The notes beneath the pieces were generated by a model. The model saw only the letters and a list, made by a program, of their open reading frames with translations. It was not told where the DNA came from and made no database searches. The position numbers and the translations under genes were made by a program. A stretch of DNA of 63,641 nt, filler included. It is 8 parts of 8 records of this genome, joined end to end, with 100 filler letters (N's around TTAATTAATTAA, not from the genome) between each part and the next. Parts side by side here need not be neighbours in the genome. Positions count along the whole stretch, not along the records: positions 30,144 to 39,157 come from SRR31156797_35992; positions 39,258 to 45,881 come from SRR31156797_35995; 6 more parts are not named here. One strand, written 5' to 3'. Of the stretch, positions 30,580 to 40,778 are shown piece by piece; position 1 is the first letter of the stretch; every line of letters starts with the position of its first letter.

Positions 30580-32004
30580 TCAGGATTCTAATCCTGACAA
30601 CGGCATGGTCACTTCTACGATCAAACCGCCATCGTCAGCGTTCGAAGCGGTGACCGTTCCATGATGGAAGCGGATGGCCCGATCCGCTATGGCCAGACCG
30701 AGCCCCGTTCCGCCCGATCGCCTGTCCCTGGAACCATCCACGCGATAGAAAGGTTCAAATATCTTTCGTAAATGTTCCTCCGGAACGCCCTTTCCATGGT
30801 CCCGAATGGTGATCAGGGCCCATGGACTACCGGATTTCGTTTTTTTCGTCATCGATATCTCAGTACAGGTCCCTTCTTCCGTATAACGGATGGCATTGAA
30901 AACGATATTTTCCAATGCGCTTTTGATTAAATGCCTTATCCCTTTCAATTCAATGTCTGTTTCGGAAACTATTTTGACCGAACAATGCCTCCCCCGTGCT
31001 TCAAAATCGGCATCTTCCAGAATTTCGACTAAAAGAGCATTCAATTGGATCAATGTGGGATCATCCGTTTCAACCAGGTCCTTTCTCCGGGTGGTTGCCA
31101 AAAGGCGATCAATGATTTCATTTAGTCTTTCAGATTCAAGGTCTATTCTATTGAGGTAATCGGAAATTTCGGAGTGCGTTTTCCGTCGGGACATTTCCAC
31201 GGCCATGTTCAACCGGGCAAGGGGTGATCGAAGTTCATGGGAGATGTCCGCCAAAAACCGTCGCCTCTGATTTTCAAGCATTTCGATCTTTTCAGCCATA
31301 CGGTCAAAGTCATCCGCCAGATCCACCAATTCATCGCGACGTCTTCTTTTTTGAGGGCCGATTCTCGTTGAAAGATCTCCCTCCGCCAGTTTTCGGGTTG
31401 CGTTTTGTAGGATTCGGATCGGGGTGGTGAGATAACGGGAGATAAAATAGCTGAAGCACCCTGCCGCAATCAGGAAAATGATGAGGCGGGAAATAGTGTA
31501 TCGGCTAAAGATTTTCACAAAGAAATTATGTACCGGTTCCGCCACAATAAGGTATTTTTTTCCGCTCTCCCCCATGAGTCTTCTCATGAGGGAAATCTTT
31601 TTGTGAAATCCCTTGTGCGTATGGGAAGTGTTGTCTTCTTTGTTGTTCAGGGCATTCTTGATTTGCGCTTCATTAAATCCGCAGGGTGATCGACCGCATA
31701 TTTCATTTCCTTGGCCGTCAAAGAAAAAGATTTTCAGGTCTCCACGATCTTGTATGTGCCCCAGAAATTGAACCGCCGAATTCCTCCCTTCCTTTTCATA
31801 CTTTTCCGCCAAAGTCTGTCCATACAGAAACAAGGCATTGTTTGAGATTTTTTTAACAAATTTGCTGGTTGAAGAAAGGTCCACCGATGTGAAGGAAATC
31901 CAGATGCCCGCCGCAAAAACGGTCAGGATATAAATGCAGAACCACGAGAATATTTTGCTGAATAGAGATGAGGGCCTTTTGAAGAGATTTGATGAAATAT
32001 TCAT
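30580..32004 (-). CDS. CpxA-like HAMP sensor histidine kinase
   Basis: 2 TM, HAMP, DISHELRSPLARL, SALENIVFNAIRY, IFEPFYRV..SRDR.SGGTGLGLAIA; likely start MNISS at 32004. Confidence 0.9.
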   Translation of the reverse strand: MNISSNLFKRPSSLFSKIFSWFCIYILTVFAAGIWISFTSVDLSSTSKFVKKISNNALFLYGQTLAEKYEKEGRNSAVQFLGHIQDRGDLKIFFFDGQGNEICGRSPCGFNEAQIKNALNNKEDNTSHTHKGFHKKISLMRRLMGESGKKYLIVAEPVHNFFVKIFSRYTISRLIIFLIAAGCFSYFISRYLTTPIRILQNATRKLAEGDLSTRIGPQKRRRRDELVDLADDFDRMAEKIEMLENQRRRFLADISHELRSPLARLNMAVEMSRRKTHSEISDYLNRIDLESERLNEIIDRLLATTRRKDLVETDDPTLIQLNALLVEILEDADFEARGRHCSVKIVSETDIELKGIRHLIKSALENIVFNAIRYTEEGTCTEISMTKKTKSGSPWALITIRDHGKGVPEEHLRKIFEPFYRVDGSRDRRSGGTGLGLAIADRAIRFHHGTVTASNADDGGLIVEVTMPLSGLES

Positions 32005-32154
32005 TTTGGGAGATTCGGATTTGAACTCATTATATGGGACACCTTTGACCGTCTTTATACAACACCAACCACACTGAATAACGTCCATGGTGAAAGGGAT
32101 GTCGGGGGGACACCCTAACCCGTTATTCTTATCACGGAATATCCTATGACTCAT

Positions 32155-32169
32155 GTAAAGAATTGTAAA
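32155..32169. promoter_or_regulatory. CpxR-type direct-repeat box GTAAA-N5-GTAAA
   Basis: GTAAAgaattGTAAA in the divergent intergenic region between the CpxA-like kinase and the DUF362 operon. Confidence 0.65.
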
Positions 32170-32289
32170 GAGGCCATCTTGAAACTTCATAAAACTTAAC
32201 ACTTCTTTGCCAACCCTTAACGACACAAAATGAATAAATGATGTATATAAAATCCAACTCAAAAGGCTGGGAAAAGAGGGGAGGACCAT

Positions 32290-33237
32290 ATGGATCAACC
32301 AAAGGATAAGAGTAAACGGGAATTCGTCAAGAAAGGCCTGCTTTTGGGGGCCGGAATCGGCGTTTCAGGGCTATTGGGAGGGCCGAACCGGATTTTTGCC
32401 GGGGATAGGTCGGGTGCCTTACCGGATCTGGTGGCGGTTAGAAACGGCGAACCGGAAATGATGTTCAAGAAGGGAATGGAAGCAATGGGTGGCATGAAAC
32501 AGTTTGTCAAGAAAGGGCAGACTGTTGTTGTTAAACCGAATATCGGGTTCGACAAACCCCCTGAAATCGGCGCCACCACCAATCCATCCCTGGTAAAAGC
32601 CATTATTGAGCATTGTCTTCATGCCGGCGCAAAAAAAGTCTACGTTTTCGATAACGTGGCAGCCAGTTCTTACGGTGTTGCCAAGGAATGCTATGAAAAG
32701 AGCGGAATTGCGGATTCAGCCAAGAAGGCCGGAGCTTCCGTCGTACAGGCGGATCATGAAAAATACTATCATGATGTGTCCATTAAGGGCGCAACCCTTC
32801 TCGGCAACACCAAAGTCCACGAACTCATTCTTGAAAGCGATGTTTTCATCAACGTTCCCATTCTCAAGAATCATCGTCATGCGCATATTACCAACGCAAT
32901 GAAGAACTTGATGGGGATTGTCTGGGACAGGATGAGCTATCATTTTACCGGTCTTGATCAGTGTATTGCCGAATTTTGTCTTCATAAGACACCCGACCTG
33001 AATGTGGTGGATGCCTACCGGGTCATGATGCGTAACGGTCCACGTGGACAGAATACGGATGATGTGGTCATGAAAAAGACCTTGTTGATCTCTAAAGATA
33101 TTGTTGCGGCCGACGCGGCGGGCGCCAGGATATACGGGGTTGATCCGGAATCAATCCCCTACATCAAGAAGGGGCATGATCTTAAAATCGGCAACATGAA
33201 CCTTAATGAACTGAAGATATCGCGGCTGGTCGCATGA
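32290..33237 (+). CDS. DUF362 family protein with Tat-like leader
   Basis: VVVKPNIG, ATTNP, INVPILKNH, AMKNLMG and DIVAAD; leader SKREFVK plus a hydrophobic stretch. Confidence 0.9.
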   Translation: MDQPKDKSKREFVKKGLLLGAGIGVSGLLGGPNRIFAGDRSGALPDLVAVRNGEPEMMFKKGMEAMGGMKQFVKKGQTVVVKPNIGFDKPPEIGATTNPSLVKAIIEHCLHAGAKKVYVFDNVAASSYGVAKECYEKSGIADSAKKAGASVVQADHEKYYHDVSIKGATLLGNTKVHELILESDVFINVPILKNHRHAHITNAMKNLMGIVWDRMSYHFTGLDQCIAEFCLHKTPDLNVVDAYRVMMRNGPRGQNTDDVVMKKTLLISKDIVAADAAGARIYGVDPESIPYIKKGHDLKIGNMNLNELKISRLVA

Positions 33238-33247
33238 GGGTCGGGGA

Positions 33248-34789
33248 TTGGATCTGAAACATATCCGCATAGCCGTTTCCACATTGGTTTTGGTTGTTTC
33301 CTTTGTGACGTTTCTCGGGAACAAGGCGCTTTTCGGTTTTCCGTCCGAAACCGTACTCTTTTTTCAGTTCATCCCATCCCTGATCCATTTTTTAGGGAAT
33401 CCCGGAAATATACTGGGGTTCGGTTTTTTGGCGGTGGTGGTTTTAAGTGTACTTTACGGCAGGGTCTATTGTTCCTTTCTATGCCCGTTGGGGGTATTGC
33501 AGGACCTCTTTATCTTCCTTTCACGGAAGACGGGTGTCCGCAGGAAACATGTTTTTATGCCCGCTTATGCCGTTATCAGATATTCGGTTTTGATCATAAC
33601 AGCCGTTAGCGCCGGTTTGGGATCCCTTGTGTTGGTAAACCTGCTGGATCCCTACTCCCTTTTCGGAAGGATATCGGCCCACCTGTTGAAATGGGTGGCC
33701 GTCTTTTTGAACAATCGGGCGGCCGATGTTCTTGTGTATGTGGACTATTACGGCCTCTACGCGAAAATGCAGCATGCCATACCCCTTTTTCTATTGTTTG
33801 TGACATTGTTTTTCTTTTTACTGATTTTAGCTTTCTCTTTTTTAAGTGGCCGCTCCTACTGCAATATCATTTGCCCGGTGGGTACATTTCTGGGGCTTCT
33901 TTCCCGGTACTCCCTCTGGAAATTCGTCATCGACAAAGGGAGGTGTAAAAGTTGCGGGGTATGCCAAGGCATATGTAAATCCGGGTGTATCGATCCCCTG
34001 AAAAAGGAGATTGACCACAGCCGGTGTGTGGCCTGTTTCGATTGTCTCTCCGTCTGCGGGGAATCCGCACTACATTATGTTAGAAGGATCAACCCCACCC
34101 CATATGAAGACCGTCTTCAAGTGGAAAAGCGAAGGTTTCTGTTGAATTCAGCGGCGTTCGGCAGTGTTCTCTTCGGAATCTTTTCTCCCCTGCGTCTTTC
34201 CTTCGGTTCGACCCATCATACAATTCCGGTTCCCATCACGCCGCCGGGGGCCTTGAACATTTCGAGATTTACGGAGACCTGCACGGCCTGTCATCTTTGT
34301 ATCAGTGCCTGCAAGACCCATGTGCTCACGCCCAACATGTTCGGCTACGGCATGTCCGGGTTCCTTCAGCCTTCCATGGATTTTCATAAAGGTCATTGTG
34401 ATTTTAACTGTCATATATGCGGATCCGTCTGTCCCACCGGTTCCATTTCCCCGCTTCCATTGGCTCTAAAGCAACGGGTCCGGATCGGATGGGCGTCACT
34501 AAATGAGTCCCTGTGCGTGGTATACACCAAGAAAACCCACTGCGGTGCCTGCGGAGAGGCCTGCCCCACCTTCGCCATATCTCCTAAAGGTGTGGAGCAT
34601 CATTTCGCCCCGGTGATCCATAAACATTATTGTATCGGATGCGGTGCCTGTGAAAAGGCTTGTCCCACCAAACCGAAAGCGATTTTCATAACCGCCAGCC
34701 GGGTGCATGACCTGGCGGAAGTTCGTGTAACGGATCCTTTGCCCCGCCCGAAGGCCCTGTTGGAAAAGAAAGATAGTTTTCCGTTTTGA
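33248..34789 (+). CDS. Membrane-bound polyferredoxin (NapH/MauN + NapF/MauM-like fusion)
   Basis: GRVYCSFLCPLG, GRSYCNIICPVG, multiple CxxCxxCxxxC clusters, PPGA motif. Confidence 0.9.
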   Translation: MDLKHIRIAVSTLVLVVSFVTFLGNKALFGFPSETVLFFQFIPSLIHFLGNPGNILGFGFLAVVVLSVLYGRVYCSFLCPLGVLQDLFIFLSRKTGVRRKHVFMPAYAVIRYSVLIITAVSAGLGSLVLVNLLDPYSLFGRISAHLLKWVAVFLNNRAADVLVYVDYYGLYAKMQHAIPLFLLFVTLFFFLLILAFSFLSGRSYCNIICPVGTFLGLLSRYSLWKFVIDKGRCKSCGVCQGICKSGCIDPLKKEIDHSRCVACFDCLSVCGESALHYVRRINPTPYEDRLQVEKRRFLLNSAAFGSVLFGIFSPLRLSFGSTHHTIPVPITPPGALNISRFTETCTACHLCISACKTHVLTPNMFGYGMSGFLQPSMDFHKGHCDFNCHICGSVCPTGSISPLPLALKQRVRIGWASLNESLCVVYTKKTHCGACGEACPTFAISPKGVEHHFAPVIHKHYCIGCGACEKACPTKPKAIFITASRVHDLAEVRVTDPLPRPKALLEKKDSFPF

Positions 34790-34859
34790 TTGTTTGAAAC
34801 GGGAGAAGTGGGATTTGGAAGTGTTTGGAAAACATAATGATGAAAAAAAGAAAGGAGAG

Positions 34860-35495
34860 ATGATGATGAAAAAAAAGGGTATGATTTGGTTTGTATCGGC
34901 TATTCTGTTATGGGGTGTGAATTGCCAGGCGGAAGATGCTGTCAAAGGGAAATTGGATATTATGGCTCAAAACACCCATGTTCAAACCATTACCAAAAAT
35001 GATGCCGTTACGGATTTCCCCAAGGAATCCAAACCGGGGCTCTATGTTGACGACATGGCGGGTTTTGCCGTTCCCTATCCCGAAACATGGTCTCCGGCCG
35101 AAAAAATCAGCAGAGAACGCTTCAGGGCGGAGCCCAAAACGCGATACCCTTCTTTCAGGGTCTGGTTCTTCCCGAATTTGCAAATGCCTTTGAACGGTCT
35201 TTCGAAAATGTGGACCTCAGTCCTCAAAAACTACAGCAAAGGGGATATAAAAGTTGTCTATGATCATGAAACCAAATCCGCATCCGGCGTTGAGGCGCGG
35301 GAAGTTGAGTTGGAATGGACCACCAATGAAAAGACCCCCAGACCGAATATGAAATTGAATACTTACTATTTCGGAATAAAGAAACCCAACGGGTGGATTG
35401 TGGTAGGTGTTTACAGTATTGATGGCAAGGTTAAAGAAGACGTCAAGAAGAAGATTCACGCCATTAAATTAAAGCCTGAAACGGACGTTTCTTGA
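34860..35495 (+). CDS. Secreted hypothetical protein (possibly PsbP/DcrB-like fold)
   Basis: RBS AAAGGAG, signal peptide ending CQA, GFAVPYPETW motif. Confidence 0.65.
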   Translation: MMMKKKGMIWFVSAILLWGVNCQAEDAVKGKLDIMAQNTHVQTITKNDAVTDFPKESKPGLYVDDMAGFAVPYPETWSPAEKISRERFRAEPKTRYPSFRVWFFPNLQMPLNGLSKMWTSVLKNYSKGDIKVVYDHETKSASGVEAREVELEWTTNEKTPRPNMKLNTYYFGIKKPNGWIVVGVYSIDGKVKEDVKKKIHAIKLKPETDVS

Positions 35496-35600
35496 GAATC
35501 TGAAAGGGGGTTTCTCCCCCCAAGCGCATGAAGCCGAACGGTTGTTGCTCTTGTCCGGCGGGGCGGTCCCGTAAAATACTTTTTGCGGGAACGCCCCATT

Positions 35601-36320
35601 CTATGCTTGTCCCGAAAGTGAATAAAGATATCCCACACTTCGAATGGTCACGATCCGGTCATGTTTTCCCATTTTGTGCCCCAGTTTTTTCCTGAGGTTG
35701 CTCATGTGTACATCCATGCTGCGATCAAAAGGGTTGAGATCTCGTCCCAGCACGGCCTTGATCAATTCCTCCCGCAAAACCACCTGCCCGGCGGATCTCA
35801 ACAAGACCTCCAATAGATTATACTCAACGGCGGTGAGTGAAAGGGGTTTTCCCGATTTCCGGACGGCCCGCGTTCCCAGGTTCATTTCAATATCGCCCAC
35901 AAGGAGTATTTCCGGTTTTGGAAACTTCCGGGCCTTTTCAAGACCGTTTTTTGCACGGCGCAGATTGGCCCGGATTCTTGCGAGCAATTCGCGGGGATTA
36001 AAGGGTTTTGAAATGTAGTCGTCGGCCCCCATTTCCAGCCCCACGATCATGTCAACGTCATCCCCCCTGGCGGTCAGCATCAATACCGGAACATTCAGAT
36101 CGGTCCTGATACGCGTCAACACATCGAAGCCGTTTAACCCCGGGAGCATCACATCCAGAACGATCAAGTCAACATTACCCGAAAGCGCCGTCTCGACCCC
36201 TTGGTTCCCATCATGTGCCGTCATGACGGCAAACCCTTCCGCCGTGAGATAATCGACCAAGAGTTCGCATAGTTCCAAATCGTCATCGATGATTAAAATG
36301 CTGTTCTGTTGTTGATTCAT
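35601..36320 (-). CDS. CpxR-like OmpR-family response regulator
   Basis: ILIIDDD, VLDVMLP, ADDYISKPF; wHTH with PFDRSMDVHMSNLRKKLG, close to the CpxR signature. Confidence 0.92.
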   Translation of the reverse strand: MNQQQNSILIIDDDLELCELLVDYLTAEGFAVMTAHDGNQGVETALSGNVDLIVLDVMLPGLNGFDVLTRIRTDLNVPVLMLTARGDDVDMIVGLEMGADDYISKPFNPRELLARIRANLRRAKNGLEKARKFPKPEILLVGDIEMNLGTRAVRKSGKPLSLTAVEYNLLEVLLRSAGQVVLREELIKAVLGRDLNPFDRSMDVHMSNLRKKLGHKMGKHDRIVTIRSVGYLYSLSGQA

Positions 36321-36352
36321 ATGGTCACATCTCTGGGAAGGGTACCATGGCA

Positions 36353-39157
36353 TCATGCTCCATAAGGTACCTTGCCCCCATCCAAAACAGTCCGCACTTT
36401 ATTTAATAAATCTATTATTTTATAGGGTTTGCCAATGTATCCCGCTACGCCGGCCTCCAGCGTCTCCTTAAGCCGGCCGTCCACGGAATACCCGCTGGCC
36501 ACAATGACCTTTGCGGACGGATCCTTTTTCAAGATTTCCCGGAGGCATTTGTGCCCGCCCATGCCGGGCATGCCGATATCCATGAGGATTAGATCAATTT
36601 CCTCTGATCTTAGGGTGTAAATTTCAAGGGCTTCCTCTCCGCTGGATGCGGTTAGGATTTCGTATCCGTATCGATCCAAAGCCTGTGAGGCCAGGTCTCT
36701 GATATGCTCCTCATCATCGACGATCAAGACGGTTTCGGTTCCACCTTTTTGCGGTTCGGATTCGACGTCCGTTGTTTCATGGGCGTCAATTGGATCTAGG
36801 GCGGGCAGGTAAATTTTGAAAATCGTCCCCTTGCCGATTTCGCTGCTGCAAGTGATATGGCCGCCATGGTTTTTTACAATGCCGTAAACCGACGCCAGCC
36901 CCAAGCCGGTTCCTTTGCCGATGTCTTTGGTGGTGAAGAACGGATCGAAAATATGCCCAACCGTTTCCTGATCCATGCCTTGTCCCGTGTCGGTAACGGT
37001 TATCCGAATATGATTTCCTACTTTAGTTCCAGGGTAGGTTTTTAAAAGATCCTCATCCAGCATCACGTTTTCAGTTTCGATTAAGAGCTTGCCGCCGTCC
37101 GGCATGGCGTCGGCTGCATTGCTCCCCAGGTTGAGAAGGATCTGTTCCACCTGAACGGGGTCCGCCTTGACCGGCCGTAAACGGCTGCCGAGATGGAGTT
37201 CAATATCCACCATCTTGGGAATGGTTCGTTCCAGTATCTTTCCGATTTTTTCCACTTCCCGGTTGAGATCGACGGGTATCCGCTCCGCTTCCACTTTGCG
37301 ACTAAAAAGTAGCAGTTGCTGGACAAGCTGAGCCGCTCTTTCTCCCGCTTGAAAGATGGCGTTCAGGTTGGTGAAATCCGGGTCATCCTCCTTTTTCTTG
37401 ATCAGCAGTATCTGGGCATAGCCGGTTATGGCTTGAAGCAGATTATTAAAATCGTGAGCGATTCCGCTGGCAAGGGTTCCCACGGCTTCCATTTTTTGAG
37501 ATTGGGCCAACTGCGCTTCCAGAAGCTTTTGGGCGGTAATGTCACGGCCGAAAGCAATGGATCCGATGGGATTTCCGGAATCATTCGCAAGATTTTGTGA
37601 ATGCCAGGCGATGGTCCTGGTTTTGTTGTCCTTGCGGTGGATGGTCGTTTCGAAATTCTCAATGACTTCATCATTATTAATAATGGCCATCGCTTTCGCC
37701 TGCATTTCTTCACGGTACCGTTTCTCCGGATATGACCATTCCCAGATTTTGTTGTGGCCTAAAACTTCATCTCTTTTATACCCGCTGATCTCTTCCGCGG
37801 CTTTATTCCATATGACCACGTTACCTTCATTGTCCAGGACGTTCAGCCAGACATTTGCATTGTCGATAATCATTTCCAGATATCGGCTGGTCTGGTTAAG
37901 CTCTTCATTGCTTGTCCGCAATGCATTTACCGCCCGCCGGTGCTTTTCCATCAGGTCTTTCAAGGTCAGCTGGATTTTGATTCTTGCCAGCAGTTCATCC
38001 TTGGAAAATGGTTTGGGCAGATAATCGTTTGCGCCCGATTCAAAACCGGCGACCAGGTCGTCGATCTGGTTTTTTGCGGTCAGCATCACCACCGGCAATG
38101 TGTCGTGGGAATATTTTTCTCTTAAATGTTTGCATACCTCGTAACCGGACATTTTAGGCATCATCACGTCCAGTAGAATAAGGTCAAAGGGTTTGCCGTC
38201 GCTGTCCGCCTTTTCGATCATGGCAAGCGCCGTTTCCCCTTCGCCCACTTGAGAAATGGCAAAATCATTGAGCGTCAGTTGATTGACCAATACCTGGAGG
38301 TTCACCGGGTCGTCGTCCACCACCAGAATATGATACGCGTCAGCTGAAGATGAAGGCGTAATGGCGGGCGCTCCGCCGGATTCATTTTGATCGGTTTCAA
38401 AAGGGACGTCCGTTAATCTGGCAATTCGGGTTTGGGAAATATAATCGGATGGATTTACGTTGCCCGGTTTGGTTGAGGCCATGGGCAGGCTGAACCAGAA
38501 ATGCGAGCCTTTTCCCAATTCCGATTCAACCCCCATTGAACCCTTGTGGAATTCCACCAGCTTTTTGCTGATGGCCAGGCCCAAACCGGTTCCGCCGAAT
38601 GATCTTTCCGCGCTGCCGTCTACCTGCTCAAAGGGTTCAAACAGATTGTCAAATTGGTCGAAAGGAATGCCGATTCCCGTATCCGTTACATGAATGACCA
38701 CATGATCTTGATCCAGACTGCTCCATACGGTAACCGTACCTTTTTCCGTAAACTTTACCGCATTGCCCATAAGATTGTACAAAACCTGTTGAACCATATC
38801 TTCATCGGCATATACAGGCGGCACATTTGAAGGGATCTCGTTGATCAGTTCAAGGTCCTTGCCCCTGGACAAGGGTTTGGAAATTTCCATTATGATATCC
38901 ACCAGGATCTTTATATCCAGGGGGCGTTGCCGCAGCTTTAATTCTTTTTTATTCAATTTGGAAAAATCGAGGATATCGTTTACCTGATTGATCATCCTCA
39001 GGCCGCTGGACACGATCATTTTTAGATGATGTTCGGCTTTTTGAGACAGGGGGCCTGCAATACCGTCCAATAACGATTCGGTCAGTCCGATGATGCCGTG
39101 CAGGGGCGTTCTCAATTCATGGGACGTATTGGCCAGAATTTCGTCTTTGATCCTGTT
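36353..39157 (-). CDS. Multi-module hybrid kinase (HisKA-HATPase-REC-PAS-HisKA-HATPase-REC), 5' truncated
   Basis: First H-box NTSHELRTPL at the contig edge; second GIAHDFNNLL; two complete REC domains. Confidence 0.92.
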   Translation of the reverse strand, partial: NRIKDEILANTSHELRTPLHGIIGLTESLLDGIAGPLSQKAEHHLKMIVSSGLRMINQVNDILDFSKLNKKELKLRQRPLDIKILVDIIMEISKPLSRGKDLELINEIPSNVPPVYADEDMVQQVLYNLMGNAVKFTEKGTVTVWSSLDQDHVVIHVTDTGIGIPFDQFDNLFEPFEQVDGSAERSFGGTGLGLAISKKLVEFHKGSMGVESELGKGSHFWFSLPMASTKPGNVNPSDYISQTRIARLTDVPFETDQNESGGAPAITPSSSADAYHILVVDDDPVNLQVLVNQLTLNDFAISQVGEGETALAMIEKADSDGKPFDLILLDVMMPKMSGYEVCKHLREKYSHDTLPVVMLTAKNQIDDLVAGFESGANDYLPKPFSKDELLARIKIQLTLKDLMEKHRRAVNALRTSNEELNQTSRYLEMIIDNANVWLNVLDNEGNVVIWNKAAEEISGYKRDEVLGHNKIWEWSYPEKRYREEMQAKAMAIINNDEVIENFETTIHRKDNKTRTIAWHSQNLANDSGNPIGSIAFGRDITAQKLLEAQLAQSQKMEAVGTLASGIAHDFNNLLQAITGYAQILLIKKKEDDPDFTNLNAIFQAGERAAQLVQQLLLFSRKVEAERIPVDLNREVEKIGKILERTIPKMVDIELHLGSRLRPVKADPVQVEQILLNLGSNAADAMPDGGKLLIETENVMLDEDLLKTYPGTKVGNHIRITVTDTGQGMDQETVGHIFDPFFTTKDIGKGTGLGLASVYGIVKNHGGHITCSSEIGKGTIFKIYLPALDPIDAHETTDVESEPQKGGTETVLIVDDEEHIRDLASQALDRYGYEILTASSGEEALEIYTLRSEEIDLILMDIGMPGMGGHKCLREILKKDPSAKVIVASGYSVDGRLKETLEAGVAGYIGKPYKIIDLLNKVRTVLDGGKVPYGA

Positions 39158-39257
39158 NNNNNNNNNNNNNNNNNNNNNNNNNNNNNNNNNNNNNNNNNNN
39201 NTTAATTAATTAANNNNNNNNNNNNNNNNNNNNNNNNNNNNNNNNNNNNNNNNNNNN
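39158..39257. other. Artificial contig linker
   Basis: N-run + TTAATTAATTAA + N-run. Confidence 0.99.
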
Positions 39258-39383
39258 GGAAACAAAGCCATCTTTATCCTTATCAAGCCCCATAAGAGGA
39301 TCTGTACTGGCAAATACATTTCCTGATACCAAAGAAACAGACAGCGCGGCCAATGCAACTACCGTTTTTTTCAACATGATCAT
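39258..39383 (-). CDS. Secreted EF-hand protein, N-terminal fragment
   Basis: Signal peptide ending VFA, then EF-hand loop LDKDKDGFVS; cut by the linker. Confidence 0.7.
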
Positions 39384-39885
39384 ATTCTCCATATTTTTAC
39401 TTTAGGGTAGCGGGATATATTCCCGCACAGCTTGCCCCACTAAAGCAAGAGGTATGCCACGAAAAACAAACGACACGTTATCAACAAGATAAGGAAAATG
39501 AGAGGGAACGGGGTTACAAGAACCTCCAATATCCGTTGTCAACAGACGACACCTCCAAAGGCCACCCAAGCGAAGCCCCTGGAAACAGGGCAAAATGGCT
39601 GTGGTCAGCTAACGACACTTCTCTTGTAATTTCGATTAATTAGAGAATTAGGGTCCTCATTGTAAAAAAAGTTCTCCGCACAGGACAGGCGATAGATGGC
39701 AATGAATAATAATTCCTAACCTGATGTACAAATGGAGACGGGAGTTTACGGAAAAAGGATTCGTTTTGTATAATTGAACGAGACTTTAAGTCTGGGTAGA
39801 CTGATATGTCCGCAGCTCAATGTAAAAAATGCGAATTTAACTACCATCAAATTGATCTTTATTCTTTATCCAGAGGCAGCAAACA

Positions 39886-40560
39886 ATGAACACCGAACTC
39901 TTTGACTCATGGACAGATAAATACGACCGCTGGTTTACAACCCCTTCCGGCAGGTTAGTCCAAGAATATGAATCTAACCTGCTACTGGAAATGCTACATC
40001 CCCATCCTGATGAGAATATTTTGGATGTGGGATGCGGTACGGGTATTTTCACACAGGATGTCCTTGCCTGTGGGGCCACAGTGACCGGCGTTGATCGCTC
40101 TCTACCCATGCTGGAAAAAGCGTTGATGCGTGCAAGTGATAGAGATTTCACAGGTCTCTGTGGTGATATGTGTGCCCTTCCCTTTCCTGACAACAGTTTT
40201 GACAAGGTCTTTTCCATGACCGCGATTGAATTTGTGGCTGATGCAGAAAAGGCCGTTGCTGAGCTAATTCGGGTCACTCGAAAAGGAGGATGCATAGTTG
40301 TAACCACGCTGAACAGCCTCAGTCCATGGGCAGAAAAGAGGCATCAGAAGGCTAAAGGTGGGCATAACCTCTTTCAAAACATTTCTTTCCGCTCACCCGA
40401 GGAAATGCGCATACTGATTCCCCAAACCTGTGTGATCAAGACTGCCATTCACTTTCAAAAAAGTGATCTGGCTGCTGACATCCCTGAAATCGAGCTTCGC
40501 GGCACCAAGGATCACCCAGACACGGGGGCTTTTCTGGCAGTGCAATGGTATAAAGCTTAA
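39886..40560 (+). CDS. Class I SAM-dependent methyltransferase
   Basis: ILDVGCGTG and LPFPDNSFDKV. Confidence 0.92.
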   Translation: MNTELFDSWTDKYDRWFTTPSGRLVQEYESNLLLEMLHPHPDENILDVGCGTGIFTQDVLACGATVTGVDRSLPMLEKALMRASDRDFTGLCGDMCALPFPDNSFDKVFSMTAIEFVADAEKAVAELIRVTRKGGCIVVTTLNSLSPWAEKRHQKAKGGHNLFQNISFRSPEEMRILIPQTCVIKTAIHFQKSDLAADIPEIELRGTKDHPDTGAFLAVQWYKA

Positions 40561-40592
40561 AAAAGAAACGTTTTTCAAGAGTTCCTTCCCCA

Positions 40593-40729
40593 TCGACAAT
40601 TCTGTCGAGCCGCTGCATGATTTGTCGTTATTTAAAAAGGTCATCCCTCTCATAAAAAAATGGAATCGACTGTTTTTATTGCCTTTTCAGGTCATATCCG
40701 TAACAAATTTTTTTGGCATGAATCTTGTT
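40593..40729 (+). promoter_or_regulatory. Putative sigma54 promoter with upstream palindromic activator site
   Basis: TGGCAT-N5-TTGT at 40714-40728 (one mismatch in the -12 box); palindrome TCGACA-N4-TGTCGA at 40593-40608. Confidence 0.55.
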
Positions 40730-40778
40730 AATCATCAGGGTAAGAAAGTGCAAACATCCATTCAACGGAGGCTCCCTC

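Noticed and set aside
32005-32298. 98-aa N-terminal extension of the CpxA-like kinase in the ORF track
   Set aside because: It would span the whole divergent promoter region and overlap the DUF362 start; the ATG at 32004 precedes the first TM helix as expected.
33235-33250. Selenocysteine read-through at the TGA ending DUF362 (also considered for thiS and thiH)
   Set aside because: Each protein is already full length for its family, and the next gene's RBS or start follows immediately.
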